Source of the DNA: Obrimoposthia wandeli
Lineage: Eukaryota
Assembly: GCA_977020255.1 (NCBI GenBank)
Contig: CDROCS010004085.1
Location: forward strand, 434,001 to 498,000
Reading direction: 5' to 3'
Length of the DNA stretch: 64,000 nt
The position numbers were made by a program, and so were the translations under genes. This document shows, one piece after another, positions 19,259-29,430 of this stretch; position 1 is the stretch's first letter, and every line of letters starts with the position of its first letter. The notes beneath the pieces are model-generated. The model worked only from the letters and a program-made list of their open reading frames with translations. It was not told the origin of the DNA and searched no databases.

Positions 19259-20403
19259 CAGTGAAAGGTGGCGAGAAAGCGATCAGTGCCGCTCACCAAT
19301 TACAAGCCGATAAACGCCGTGGTGATAAAGCATTACCTGCATTGTCTGTGGCACAAATCAGTCAACAGTTGGCTGGATCTGTCGATCGCGTAATGACTGA
19401 AGGAGGCATCTACGATAAAGAGTTAGCCGCCCTTGCGATCAAACAAGCCGCTGGCGATCTGGTAGAAGCGATTTTTTTACTTCGCGCCTACCGTACTACT
19501 TTGCCCCGCTTAGCAACAACACAACCGGTGAACACCTCTGCAATGCGTATTGAACGCCGTATTTCAGCTACCTATAAAGATTTACCGGGCGGCCAAGTTT
19601 TAGGTCCAACGTACGATTACACCCATAGGTTACTGGATTTTTCATTGCTTGCGGAAGGTAATGAAACCACTGCGGATAGTTTTGAAACAGCAGCGAAAGC
19701 TGTTCATGCTCGCATTACAGAACAGGTTGCGAGCAGTGCAATGTTAGCAAAGGAAGCTGAACCAGAAGCATGCCCACAAGTGCTGGGGATCTTAGAAAAA
19801 CTCGACATGATGCTGGTGGAAGAAGATAACCAGCAAGTACCTGAAGATATTACGCTCGAACCTGTTAATTACCCGTGTGATCGATCTGCTCGTTTGCAGC
19901 AATTAGTGCGCGGTGATGAAGGTTTCTTGTTGGCGCTGGGGTATTCCACCCAACGTGGTTATGGGCGAAACCATCCCTTTGCTGGCGAGATTCGCTCAGG
20001 ACAAGTCACACTGTCACTTCTTCCTGAAGAACTAGGCTTTGAAATAGAGATCGGTGACCTTGAACTGACGGAATGCCAGATGATTAATGGTTTTGTCGGC
20101 GATAAAGCGGTGAAGCCTAAACTAACCCGAGGCTACGGCCTTACGTTTGGTTTCAATGAGCGCAAGTCCATGTCGATGGCACTGTTAGATCGTGCTTTAC
20201 AAGCGCCAGAATTCAACGAAGCCGTTGATAGCCCTGCACAAGATGAAGAGTTCGTATTAGCGCATGCCGATAACGTTGAAGCGGCTGGCTTTGTTTCTCA
20301 CTTGAAGCTACCACATTACGTCGATTTCCAAGCCGAATTAGAGCTACTGCGCAAAATGCACAAAGAGCATGACGACATGACTCAAGACAGTGAGGGCAAG
20401 TAA
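19249..20403 (+). CDS. phnI: C-P lyase purine-ribonucleoside-triphosphate phosphonylase subunit
   Basis: MYVAVKGGEKAI, RRISATYKDLPGGQVLGPTYDYTHRLLDF, HLKLPHYVDFQ. Confidence 0.97.
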   Translation: MYVAVKGGEKAISAAHQLQADKRRGDKALPALSVAQISQQLAGSVDRVMTEGGIYDKELAALAIKQAAGDLVEAIFLLRAYRTTLPRLATTQPVNTSAMRIERRISATYKDLPGGQVLGPTYDYTHRLLDFSLLAEGNETTADSFETAAKAVHARITEQVASSAMLAKEAEPEACPQVLGILEKLDMMLVEEDNQQVPEDITLEPVNYPCDRSARLQQLVRGDEGFLLALGYSTQRGYGRNHPFAGEIRSGQVTLSLLPEELGFEIEIGDLELTECQMINGFVGDKAVKPKLTRGYGLTFGFNERKSMSMALLDRALQAPEFNEAVDSPAQDEEFVLAHADNVEAAGFVSHLKLPHYVDFQAELELLRKMHKEHDDMTQDSEGK

Positions 20404-21306
20404 ATGAGCCAAGTAACTAATATATCATCAACTTATCAAAGTGATGATTCAAATACCGATTCCTGCACTGATTACAATACAGGTTACAACTATGGTTATT
20501 TGGATGAGCAAACCAAGCGGATGATTCGCCGTTCATTATTAAAAGCGGTCGCGATTCCAGGATACCAAGTACCGTTCGGTGGCCGTGAAATGCCAATGCC
20601 GTACGGTTGGGGAACGGGTGGGGTCCAACTGACCGCTGCCATTCTGGGTCAAGCAGATACCTTAAAAGTGATCGACCAAGGCGCGGATGACACTACTAAT
20701 GCCGTCTCTATCCGTGAGTTCTTCAAAAAGGTAGCAGATGCCCGTACTACTGAGCGCACGGTAGAGGCGACAGTCATTCAAACCCGTCACCGTATTCCAG
20801 AAGTATTACTGAAAAAAGATCAGATCCTCGTTTATCAAGTTCCGATCCCAGAGCCATTACGCTTTATCGAGCCTCGTGAAACAGAAACTCGGAAAATGCA
20901 TGCCTTGCAAGAGTACGGCATTATGCATGTGAAATTGTATGAAGACATTGCGCGCTTTGGTCATATCGCAACCGCATATGCTTACCCCGTACGTGTGAAT
21001 GATCGTTACATTATGGATCCTTCTCCTATTCCAAAATTCGATAACCCTAAAATGGATAACATGCCTGCGCTGCAATTGTTTGGTGCTGGGCGTGAAAAAC
21101 GTATTTATGCGATTCCACCGTTTACTAAGGTACGCAGCTTAGATTTTGAAGATCACCCTTTTGAAATTCAGCAGTGGGATGACCCCTGTAGCATTTGTGG
21201 TGCAACGAATACCTTTTTGGATGAAGTAGTCACCGATGATGAAGGCAATCGTATGTTTGTGTGTTCAGACACGGACTACTGTGGTTCGCAAGGGGAAAGC
21301 GCATGA
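20404..21306 (+). CDS. phnJ: Radical SAM C-P lyase catalytic subunit
   Basis: REMPMPYGWGTGG and C-x2-C-x21-C cluster motif (CSIC...CSDTDYC). Confidence 0.97.
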   Translation: MSQVTNISSTYQSDDSNTDSCTDYNTGYNYGYLDEQTKRMIRRSLLKAVAIPGYQVPFGGREMPMPYGWGTGGVQLTAAILGQADTLKVIDQGADDTTNAVSIREFFKKVADARTTERTVEATVIQTRHRIPEVLLKKDQILVYQVPIPEPLRFIEPRETETRKMHALQEYGIMHVKLYEDIARFGHIATAYAYPVRVNDRYIMDPSPIPKFDNPKMDNMPALQLFGAGREKRIYAIPPFTKVRSLDFEDHPFEIQQWDDPCSICGATNTFLDEVVTDDEGNRMFVCSDTDYCGSQGESA

Positions 21307-22136
21307 TTACGCCAACGCAACAAGCACAAATAGCCACTACTTCAGATGATGAACAGCCACTGTTGTCGGTGAAAAACCTCACTAAATTGTATGCGCCAGG
21401 TAAAGGTTTTTCGCAAGTGTCCTTTGATTTATACCCAGGTGAAGTCTTGGGCATTGTTGGAGAATCAGGTTCGGGCAAGAGTACTTTACTACAAGCTATT
21501 TCAGGACGCTTACAGCCTGATGGCGGTGAAGTGTTGTACTTGCGCGGAAATACCAATACCCAATGCCAACAGGTAGAAGAATTGTATGCAATGGCGGAAA
21601 GTCAGCGCCGCCATTTACTGCGTACTGAGTGGGGGGTGGTACACCAACACCCAATGGACGGTTTACGTGGTCGTGTTTCAGCCGGAGGGAATATTGGTGA
21701 GCGTTTAATGGCAGTTGGGCAACGTAATTACAGTGAAATCCGCGAACAATCTGTCACATGGTTAGCCGATGTTGAAATTCCAGTCGAACGGATTGACGAC
21801 ATGCCGACGACGTTTTCTGGCGGTATGCAGCAGCGATTGCAGATCGCCCGTAATTTAGTTACGCATCCGAAGCTAATCTTTATGGATGAGCCGACGGGGG
21901 GCTTGGATGTTTCAGTGCAGGCAAAGCTACTGGATTTATTACGTCAGCTAGTAACCGAGCTGGATTTGGCAGTGATTATCGTGACTCACGATCTGGCTGT
22001 TGCGCGTTTGTTGGCGCACCGCTTGATGGTGATGAAACACAGTGAAGTGGTTGAAACTGGGCTGACCGATCAAGTGTTGGATGATCCACAGCATCCGTAT
22101 ACCCAGCTACTTGTATCGTCAGTGTTGCAGAACTAA
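21303..22136 (+). CDS. phnK: C-P lyase ABC-type ATPase
   Basis: GESGSGKS, RTEWGVVHQHP, FSGGMQQRLQIAR; ATGA overlap with the phnJ stop gives start 21303. Confidence 0.95.
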   Translation: MITPTQQAQIATTSDDEQPLLSVKNLTKLYAPGKGFSQVSFDLYPGEVLGIVGESGSGKSTLLQAISGRLQPDGGEVLYLRGNTNTQCQQVEELYAMAESQRRHLLRTEWGVVHQHPMDGLRGRVSAGGNIGERLMAVGQRNYSEIREQSVTWLADVEIPVERIDDMPTTFSGGMQQRLQIARNLVTHPKLIFMDEPTGGLDVSVQAKLLDLLRQLVTELDLAVIIVTHDLAVARLLAHRLMVMKHSEVVETGLTDQVLDDPQHPYTQLLVSSVLQN

Positions 22137-22148
22137 TAAGGATATCTC

Positions 22149-22868
22149 ATGACTTCAATGGTTAACGTTTCAAATGTCAGTAAAACCTTTGTTTTGCATA
22201 ATCAAAATGGCATGTCACTCCCTGTATTAACTCAGGCCAATTTAACTGTCTCGCAAGGTGAATGTGTGGTGTTACATGGCCACTCTGGTTCTGGTAAGTC
22301 GACCTTGTTACGTGCGTTATACAGTAATTATTTGGTTGACCAAGGCTGCATCGAGATATTGCACCATGGTCATTGGGTTGATTTAGCACAAGCCACACCG
22401 CGTGAAGTGTTGAATGTGCGTCGTGACACCATTGGTTGGGTGAGTCAATTTCTACGTGTTATCCCCCGTATTAGTGCATTAGAAGTGGTGATGCAGCCAA
22501 TGATTGAACTCGGCGGATGTCGTAAGGCTGCAGAAGTAAAAGCGACATCATTGCTGGCACGTTTGAATGTACCTGAACATCTTTGGCACCTTGCACCTGC
22601 AACGTTTTCGGGCGGTGAACAGCAACGCGTCAATATTGCGCGAGGCTTTATTGTCGATTATCCCGTGTTATTGCTTGATGAACCAACAGCGTCGTTAGAC
22701 ACCGAAAACAGTACGGTAGTGGTCAGTTTGATCAATGAAGCCAAACAACGTGGTGCTGCAATCGTCGGTATTTTTCATGATGAAGATGTACGAGAGAAAG
22801 TGGCTGATCGTTTGTATGCCATGCAACCAGTGAATACGGCAACGGAACTGCAATCTCAATGCGCTTAA
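22149..22868 (+). CDS. phnL: C-P lyase ABC-type ATPase
   Basis: [44 protein letters not shown]. Confidence 0.95.
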   Translation: MTSMVNVSNVSKTFVLHNQNGMSLPVLTQANLTVSQGECVVLHGHSGSGKSTLLRALYSNYLVDQGCIEILHHGHWVDLAQATPREVLNVRRDTIGWVSQFLRVIPRISALEVVMQPMIELGGCRKAAEVKATSLLARLNVPEHLWHLAPATFSGGEQQRVNIARGFIVDYPVLLLDEPTASLDTENSTVVVSLINEAKQRGAAIVGIFHDEDVREKVADRLYAMQPVNTATELQSQCA

Positions 22869-22951
22869 TTTAATTGCCTTGAACTTGAAGCTTAATCAAG
22901 GCAGGCAAAGCGTTATGAATAAGCCAATGGTGTGAAATAAAGGATGACAGA

Positions 22952-24088
22952 ATGATCATTACCAACGTGAACTTGGTACTTGAAGACCAAACAGTAAAAG
23001 GCTCGATTGAAATTGAAGGCGGTATTATTCGCACCCTATCAGATACTGTTAGCCAGTTACCCCAAGCGATAGACGGGGAAGATGGTTGGTTAATGCCAGG
23101 GTTGATTGAGCTGCATACCGATAATTTAGAGAAGTATTTTACACCACGGCCGAAGGTAGATTGGCCACCGTTTTCTGCCATGAGCGCACACGACGCGCAA
23201 TTAGTCTCATCTGGCATTACCACGGTATTAGATGCCGTCGCGTTGGGTGATTACCGTGAAGGCGGTAAACGGCACGATAATCTCGATAAACTGATAGAGA
23301 CAGTGATAGAAAGCCAGCGCCGAGGCGTTAACCGTGCTGATCACTTTTTGCATTTACGTTGCGAAGTGCCGCATGAAACCACGGTCGAGATGTTTAAGCG
23401 TTATGCACATTTGCCTGAGGTGCATTTAGTCTCTTTGATGGATCATGCGCCAGGTCAGCGTCAATTTGTGAATGTGGAAAAATATCGCGACTATTATCAA
23501 GGTAAGTACAAGTTTAACGACCAACAAATGGCAACGTTTGAAGTTGAACAGCGTGAACGATCGCAAGTATGGTCGGCACCTAACCGTGAAGCTATTTGCC
23601 AATACTGTCGCGAACATAATATTCCGATGGCTAGCCATGATGATGCCACCGTCGCACACGTTGAAGAATCCAAAGCACTAGAAATGGTGATTGCGGAATT
23701 CCCAACTACAGTTGCAGCGGCACAAGCGTCACATGCTTTAGGGCTGAAGGTGATGATGGGAGCGCCTAACGTGGTACGAGGTGGATCTCATTCAGGTAAT
23801 GTCGCTGCCCATGAACTGGCACAGCTAGGAGTGTTAGATATTCTTTCATCTGATTATTACCCTAGTAGTTTATTAGATGCCATCTTCCGTATTGCACACG
23901 ACGATCGTAATGGGTATTCCTTGGCGACGGCGACCCAATTAGCGACCATAAATCCGGCACAGGCTCTGCAATTGGATGATCGCGGTGTTATCGCTGAAGG
24001 AAAGCGTGCCGATTTATTGTTGGCTCATCAGCGTCACGACCATACGTATGCAACGCGTGTTTGGCGTGAAGGGAAAGCTGTATTCTAA
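22952..24088 (+). CDS. phnM: alpha-D-ribose 1-methylphosphonate 5-triphosphate diphosphatase
   Basis: PGLIELHTDNLE, SLMDHAPGQRQF, MGAPNVVRGGSHSGN, LSSDYYP. Confidence 0.96.
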   Translation: MIITNVNLVLEDQTVKGSIEIEGGIIRTLSDTVSQLPQAIDGEDGWLMPGLIELHTDNLEKYFTPRPKVDWPPFSAMSAHDAQLVSSGITTVLDAVALGDYREGGKRHDNLDKLIETVIESQRRGVNRADHFLHLRCEVPHETTVEMFKRYAHLPEVHLVSLMDHAPGQRQFVNVEKYRDYYQGKYKFNDQQMATFEVEQRERSQVWSAPNREAICQYCREHNIPMASHDDATVAHVEESKALEMVIAEFPTTVAAAQASHALGLKVMMGAPNVVRGGSHSGNVAAHELAQLGVLDILSSDYYPSSLLDAIFRIAHDDRNGYSLATATQLATINPAQALQLDDRGVIAEGKRADLLLAHQRHDHTYATRVWREGKAVF

Positions 24089-24107
24089 TTAAATGAAGGA
24101 TCAATCT

Positions 24108-24713
24108 ATGGCTCGAATTTTTTATGTCATTGGTGCCTCAGGTGCAGGAAAAGACAGTGTAATTGATGCCGTGCGTCAGGCTTGGCCTTCCAATATATTG
24201 GTTGCCCATCGTTACATCACCCGCGCAGCATGTGCGGGTGGTGAAAACCATATTGCGTTAACTGAAGCAGAATTTGTTTATCGTCGGCACCATGATTTGT
24301 TCGCGATGCATTGGCAAGCTAATGGGCTGCATTATGGGGTGGGGTTAGAAGTCGATTTATGGTTAGCCAACGGCTGTGATGTCATGGTGAATGGATCCCG
24401 CGAGTTCTTACCCCAAGCGTTTGCACAGTATGGAAATTTATTAGTACCTGTTGTTATTGATGTTGCTTTGAGTGTGCTTGAGCAACGGTTACGCATTCGT
24501 GGTCGTGAAACAGAAGCCGAAATTCAGCAACGGCTTATTCGTGCGCGAGATTTTCAACACTGCGCGTTACCAGGTGGTAATGTTTATGCTGATATGGCTG
24601 AAAATAGCGAACTGTGGCGGTTGGATAACAGCGGAACCATCGCGCAAACATTAGCGCAATTTAACCGTTACTACGGTGTAGAACTTGAGCCTGAATCGGT
24701 ATGTTATCGATGA
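24108..24713 (+). CDS. phnN: Ribose 1,5-bisphosphate phosphokinase
   Basis: GASGAGKDS, RYITR, GENH, W.ANGLHYG, NGSR; start refined to ATG 24108 after AAGGA. Confidence 0.93.
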   Translation: MARIFYVIGASGAGKDSVIDAVRQAWPSNILVAHRYITRAACAGGENHIALTEAEFVYRRHHDLFAMHWQANGLHYGVGLEVDLWLANGCDVMVNGSREFLPQAFAQYGNLLVPVVIDVALSVLEQRLRIRGRETEAEIQQRLIRARDFQHCALPGGNVYADMAENSELWRLDNSGTIAQTLAQFNRYYGVELEPESVCYR

Positions 24714-25477
24714 AACTGACCTTACTGGGAACGGGTAATGCCGGTATGTTGCCCGTTTACGGTTGTACATGCCAAGCCTGCGATCGTGCCCAGCATACCT
24801 CGTTGTATCGACGTAAAAAAACGTCAGCGGTGATTGAACATCAAGGTAAGCAATTATTACTGGATGCTAACGCAGATGATCTTCTCTCTCGTTTTCCTGC
24901 GGGCAGTATCGATAGAATATTACTGACCCATTATCACATGGATCATGTGCATAGTTTATTTGATCTACGCTGGGGGGAAGGTACACCTATTTACGTTGAC
25001 GGGCCGGATGATCCCCAAGGCTGTGATGATTTGTTCAAACATTCTGGATTATTGGCTTTTCAGCCTCCACTAACAGCCTTTAAAGCGTTTAGTTGGCAAG
25101 ATATTACCATTACGCCATTGCCGATGAACCACTCCAAAGTGTGCTTTGGTTATTGCTTTGAATGGCAAGGACGACGTATTGCGTACTTAACCGATACGTT
25201 GGGATTACGAGAAGATGTAACTGCGTGGTTAGCTGCAAACCCCATTGAAGTGATGCTGATTGATTGTAGTTTTCCGCCATCGTCATCTCGAGAAGGTCGC
25301 CCACCAATGAATCATAATGACACCGATATGGTGCGTATTATTCAAAAGGAGTGCCAACCCAAAAAAATGGGATTGATTCATGTTGATCATGATTTGGAAT
25401 CATGGGCAATGGATAACCCTAATTACTTTACTGCGTGCCGCTTTTTGGCCTTTGATGAACAGGAATTCGAATTATGA
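24710..25477 (+). CDS. phnP: Phosphoribosyl 1,2-cyclic phosphate phosphodiesterase (metallo-beta-lactamase fold)
   Basis: LLGTG, P.YGC.C.AC, THYHMDHVHSL, HSK, YLTDT; ATGA overlap with phnN. Confidence 0.95.
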   Translation: MKLTLLGTGNAGMLPVYGCTCQACDRAQHTSLYRRKKTSAVIEHQGKQLLLDANADDLLSRFPAGSIDRILLTHYHMDHVHSLFDLRWGEGTPIYVDGPDDPQGCDDLFKHSGLLAFQPPLTAFKAFSWQDITITPLPMNHSKVCFGYCFEWQGRRIAYLTDTLGLREDVTAWLAANPIEVMLIDCSFPPSSSREGRPPMNHNDTDMVRIIQKECQPKKMGLIHVDHDLESWAMDNPNYFTACRFLAFDEQEFEL

Positions 25478-25587
25478 GCCAACCTGCGGCACAGATACTG
25501 AGTGCGGCCCTTCTGTTGCACCTATCGCTTTCTACTCATGCCGATGCGGTGATGGAAAAATCTGCTACCACACTGATTTATAGGTAA
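25474..25587 (+). CDS. Putative 37-aa small ORF coupled to phnP (MSQPAAQILSAALLLHLSLSTHADAVMEKSATTLIYR)
   Basis: ATGA overlap with the phnP stop, AGGA at 25461-25464, hydrophobic core; not in the ORF track. Confidence 0.35.
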   Translation: MSQPAAQILSAALLLHLSLSTHADAVMEKSATTLIYR

Positions 25588-25624
25588 TTACCTAGAAAAT
25601 GTTCACCTTATAATATAGAACGAT

Positions 25625-25660
25625 AAAGCTGGGGGATGATGCGAACCCCCAGCTTTTATA
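25625..25660. terminator. Bidirectional terminator ending the phn operon and the MCP gene
   Basis: AAAGCTGGGGG...CCCCCAGCTTTT. Confidence 0.85.
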
Positions 25661-25673
25661 TTCTGCTGAGTTA

Positions 25674-27302
25674 TTAGCCCAAGGTGAATTGACCCACTTG
25701 CTGGTTGAGCTGTACCGATTCAGTGTTCAGGCTTGTCGTGGTTTGCGCTAATTGTTGTACGGCAAGTTTATTATCACTGGTCATCTGATCGATTCGAGCA
25801 ATTTCAGCTTTAATATCAGTACTGTCGTGGGCTTGTTTAGCTGCAATGCTTTCTAATTGTTCAAGTTGTTCTAAAGATAGTTGGGCTCCACCGCTTAATT
25901 CGCTAAGGGGCTTAACCATTTCGGTAACCATTAGTACACCGCGTTCCATTTCAGATCGCCCTTCAATAATACTGATTACCGCCATATTGGTTTCATGGTC
26001 AATCTTATCGATCACACTATTGATTTCAACGGTTGCCATACCTGTGCGAGTCGCAAGGTTACGTACTTCATCAGCAACGACTGAAAACCCTCGACCACTC
26101 TCACCAGCTCGTGCTGCTTCAATAGCGGCATTTAATGCGAGTAAATTCGTTTGTTCTGATATTTCACGAACAGTGGTAACCAATTTTCGTACTGATGCAG
26201 CACTTTCTTGAAGTTTTTCTACAGATTGAGCCGATTGGCTGATTGCGGCTGTGATTTTTTCAAATTCGGCAGTGACTTGATAGATACGTTCTTGCCCTTC
26301 GAGCGCTAAGGTTCGTCCCTGCTCGGCCTGGCGTTTTGCTTCTCCTGCTGTTGCCGCGACTTGAATGCTTTCTTCAGAAAACGTAGTGATTGTTTCACCA
26401 ATACGTATAACAGCAAACTCTTGGGTATCTGAACTTGATTGAATTTGTGTAACAGGGTGTTGGATGCTAGCGGATACCGCATTCACTTTTTCTGATGAAG
26501 CATGAATTGCACTAATAAGCTTATCGAGGTTTTGCGTTGTTGCTGACAATGCCTGTGTGATCTCACTGATCTCGTCACGACCCGTTGGAAGCTGATGTGA
26601 ACGCAAATCACCCTTGGCTAAACATTTTACCGCTTCAACGACAGCGTCGATGGGCTTAATAATACTGTGGCTGACTACTGTCGCTAACACAATGCCAAGG
26701 ATTAATGCCGTGCTGGCAAGCCAGATAATCCATTGCTGTGCTTGTTGACTCGCTTGTTCAATAATCGTTTGCTCATTCGTCGTCATTTTTTGTTGCTGCT
26801 TAGTGAGCGTATTAATGGCGTCGAGAAAAGAATTGAGTGCAGGCTGAGTATTGATGGTGAAATCGTTAAAAGCCTTGTCAGGTTCGATTTCGACTAGCTC
26901 AACGGTGCCTAGAAAAGCGTTTTGATAAATAGATTGCTGACGCTTAAGTGCTTGGAAGCTGTCATCAAGTAAGGTGCTTTTAACACTAGAAAATTGCTTA
27001 ATGATGTTATCTAGTTTTTCATTATGTTCATCCATTGAGCGATAAAGTTGAGTACGTTTTTCCCAATCATCTGTCGAAAGTATTTGTAACAGTTGAAGCG
27101 CCCCCGCTTGCGCTTCAATGTTCATTTCAGATGCTAAAGCTGAACGAAAAACATCTTGTTCTACGAATTGTTTTGATGCTTGTGAAGAGATTTGCATTCG
27201 TTCAATCGATACCCAAGAAATAGCGAACAGAAATACTAATATGAGTAAAAAGCTAAACCCTAACCGTTGACCGATCCTTAAATTGGAGAGTAAAAACATC
27301 AA
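25674..27302 (-). CDS. Methyl-accepting chemotaxis protein (periplasmic four-helix-bundle-type sensor, HAMP)
   Basis: Two TM segments, [39 protein letters not shown] signalling core. Confidence 0.95.
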   Translation of the reverse strand: MMFLLSNLRIGQRLGFSFLLILVFLFAISWVSIERMQISSQASKQFVEQDVFRSALASEMNIEAQAGALQLLQILSTDDWEKRTQLYRSMDEHNEKLDNIIKQFSSVKSTLLDDSFQALKRQQSIYQNAFLGTVELVEIEPDKAFNDFTINTQPALNSFLDAINTLTKQQQKMTTNEQTIIEQASQQAQQWIIWLASTALILGIVLATVVSHSIIKPIDAVVEAVKCLAKGDLRSHQLPTGRDEISEITQALSATTQNLDKLISAIHASSEKVNAVSASIQHPVTQIQSSSDTQEFAVIRIGETITTFSEESIQVAATAGEAKRQAEQGRTLALEGQERIYQVTAEFEKITAAISQSAQSVEKLQESAASVRKLVTTVREISEQTNLLALNAAIEAARAGESGRGFSVVADEVRNLATRTGMATVEINSVIDKIDHETNMAVISIIEGRSEMERGVLMVTEMVKPLSELSGGAQLSLEQLEQLESIAAKQAHDSTDIKAEIARIDQMTSDNKLAVQQLAQTTTSLNTESVQLNQQVGQFTLG

Positions 27303-27714
27303 TGTATTTCCATTTTATTATGTTAATTATCTATAGGTTATCATGACACAAATGCTTGGTGGTTGTAACGAACTTGTTGTTATTGTTGGTGCGGCTGGTG
27401 ACGGTGAACTGCTGTTGTGTTAAATCTTCTGATGAAGTAATGATTACGCTTTCCACGTTTACGATCTTGATTAGATTAAATGTGCAAAAGGAATATGTCT
27501 GATGTATTGAATAATACTCATTCATAATTTGCATGATTTTTATGGGTTACATTCATCGAAGTAGTGACAAGTAATCAATATAATGATTTAAACAGTTGTT
27601 TAGTTTGCACTAAAGTAAAATATTGCTACAAAACCAGAGAATATATTGTGATCTTCTGTGAAATTATATGCAGTAGAGTCTGCTTTTTTAGGCATTTAAT
27701 GTAGAGTGGTTATG

Positions 27715-27730
27715 AGTGATGAAGATCACA
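27715..27730. promoter_or_regulatory. Candidate CRP site upstream of the gbpA leader
   Basis: AGTGA-N6-TCACA, 9/10 match to TGTGA-N6-TCACA. Confidence 0.45.
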
Positions 27731-27739
27731 TTTAAACCA

Positions 27740-27827
27740 GATAACCACATTGTTGGCAAACTATCCTAAAGGGTAGGACGCAAAGCTTCCGGTCTGTCGA
27801 CGTCAGTCTATGATAGCGGGGTTACCG
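27740..27827 (+). ncRNA. Cyclic-di-GMP-I (GEMM) riboswitch
   Basis: GGCAAAC...GGACGCAAAGCTTCCGGTCT...GATAGCGGGGTTACC matches the class I c-di-GMP aptamer; located in the gbpA leader like Vc1 of V. cholerae. Confidence 0.92.
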
Positions 27828-27906
27828 TCTTTTAAAGACGTAAAATTGCATCAAACATGCCGATTCTATGGTTGTTTTTTTCTATAAAACAACGGAATCA
27901 GTGATA

Positions 27907-29367
27907 ATGATTATTACAAAAAAAACACTTATACCTGTTACCTTGGCGCTGTTTAGCTCAGGGGTAATGGCGCACGGTTATGTTAGTTCTGTCGAAGGCG
28001 GTGTTGCTGAAAGTCGAGCTGCACTCTGTAAATTCCCAGCAAATGGGACTGGCGAGAAAAATACAAACTGTGGCTCTGTACAATGGGAACCACAGAGTGT
28101 TGAAGGCCCTGATGGTTTCCCTGAAACAGGCCCTCCAGATGGTAAAATTGCGAGTGCAGGTTTGTCTCAATTTTCTCCACTTGATGAGCAAACGGTTGAT
28201 CGCTGGGTTAAACGTCCAATGCAAGCAGGTATGCAAAATTTTGAATGGACTTTTACTGCTAACCATACCACTCGCAATTGGCGTTATTACATCACCAAGC
28301 AAGATTGGAATCCTAATAATTCACTAACACGTAGTGCATTTGATCTGACCCCTTTTTGCCAGATTAGTGGTGATATGGCAAAGCCTCCAATGCGTGTGCA
28401 TCACAGTTGTAATGTACCTGAACGCAAAGATTATCAGGTGATATTAGCTGTATGGGAAGTCGGTGATACAGCTGCAAGTTTTTACAATGTTATTGATGTT
28501 ATGTTCGATGGAGATTTACCGGCTGTGCCTGACTGGGCTGTTGGTGGACAGATTTATCCAAGCATGGATCTTAAATCTGGCGATAGTGTTTACACTCGCG
28601 TATTTGATGCGTCAGGGGAAAACAGTGCGCTTTCGACTGAATTGACGATTGAAACTGAGCAACAAGGACAAGCGAATAATTGGTCATACAGCTTGGCTCA
28701 GCAAATCAATAATACTTACGATGATATCCGTGCAGGTAAAGCTGATGGAGAAGGTAATTTTGCGCCAATTTATGGATCAAATCCTATTTACCTAAAAGAA
28801 GGTAGTGGGCTAGAACGTGTAGAAATTGGCTACAACATTATCACTCCAGAACCTGATTATGATCTTGATATCAGTGGATTAGAGAATGAATACCTGATTG
28901 GGGATGAGCCCGTTAGTCTTGATCTAAACCTTACCGCCCAAGGCGATCAATTTGTTGAACTAACCGTTTATAACCACAACAAAGAAGCACTGGCGAATAA
29001 GCAGGTTACGTTGAATGATGGTGACTCTCAATCTGTGTCAATGGGGCTGTCGAAATCTGAACCTGGTCATCACATGCTAGTAACGCGAATTAAAGACAGC
29101 AGTGAAGGTAACTTGATCGATCAGATCACGAATGACTTCCATTTAACTGAGGGTGGCGATCCACCTGAAGGGGATTACGACTACATCTTCCCTGAAGGGT
29201 TAAAAAGCTATACAGCGGGTAGTAAAGTATTAGCAACTGATGGACGTATCTACGAATGTAAGCTTTTCCCATATTCAGGATACTGTATTCAGTGGTCGCC
29301 TAGTGCGACTCAGTTTGAACCGGGTGTAGGTTCAGATTGGAGTACAGCTTGGATTAAACTGAACTAA
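27907..29367 (+). CDS. gbpA: N-acetylglucosamine-binding protein A (AA10 lytic polysaccharide monooxygenase, C-terminal chitin-binding module)
   Basis: Signal peptide then mature His1 (HGYV), [30 protein letters not shown]; C-terminal YECK.FPYSGYC.QW module; start refined to 27907. Confidence 0.95.
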   Translation: MIITKKTLIPVTLALFSSGVMAHGYVSSVEGGVAESRAALCKFPANGTGEKNTNCGSVQWEPQSVEGPDGFPETGPPDGKIASAGLSQFSPLDEQTVDRWVKRPMQAGMQNFEWTFTANHTTRNWRYYITKQDWNPNNSLTRSAFDLTPFCQISGDMAKPPMRVHHSCNVPERKDYQVILAVWEVGDTAASFYNVIDVMFDGDLPAVPDWAVGGQIYPSMDLKSGDSVYTRVFDASGENSALSTELTIETEQQGQANNWSYSLAQQINNTYDDIRAGKADGEGNFAPIYGSNPIYLKEGSGLERVEIGYNIITPEPDYDLDISGLENEYLIGDEPVSLDLNLTAQGDQFVELTVYNHNKEALANKQVTLNDGDSQSVSMGLSKSEPGHHMLVTRIKDSSEGNLIDQITNDFHLTEGGDPPEGDYDYIFPEGLKSYTAGSKVLATDGRIYECKLFPYSGYCIQWSPSATQFEPGVGSDWSTAWIKLN

Positions 29368-29375
29368 ATCCTTTC

Positions 29376-29402
29376 ACCAGCCTCGTCATGGGGCTGGTTT
29401 TT
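29376..29402 (+). terminator. Terminator after gbpA
   Basis: ACCAGCCTC...GGGGCTGGT followed by a T-run. Confidence 0.8.
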
Positions 29403-29430
29403 CTGCTTGTCTAGATTCTAAATATGTTCA

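Noticed and set aside
25380-25583. Cys-rich 67-aa ORF overlapping phnP
   Set aside because: Overlaps phnP out of frame with no SD; the coupled frame at 25474 is better supported.
27331-27534. 67-aa minus-strand ORF upstream of the MCP
   Set aside because: Low-complexity translation of an A/C-rich leader with no clear SD; more likely untranslated region.
27761-27776. CTATCCTAAAGGGTAG resembling a NarP 7-2-7 site
   Set aside because: Fully explained as the P2 stem-loop of the c-di-GMP riboswitch.
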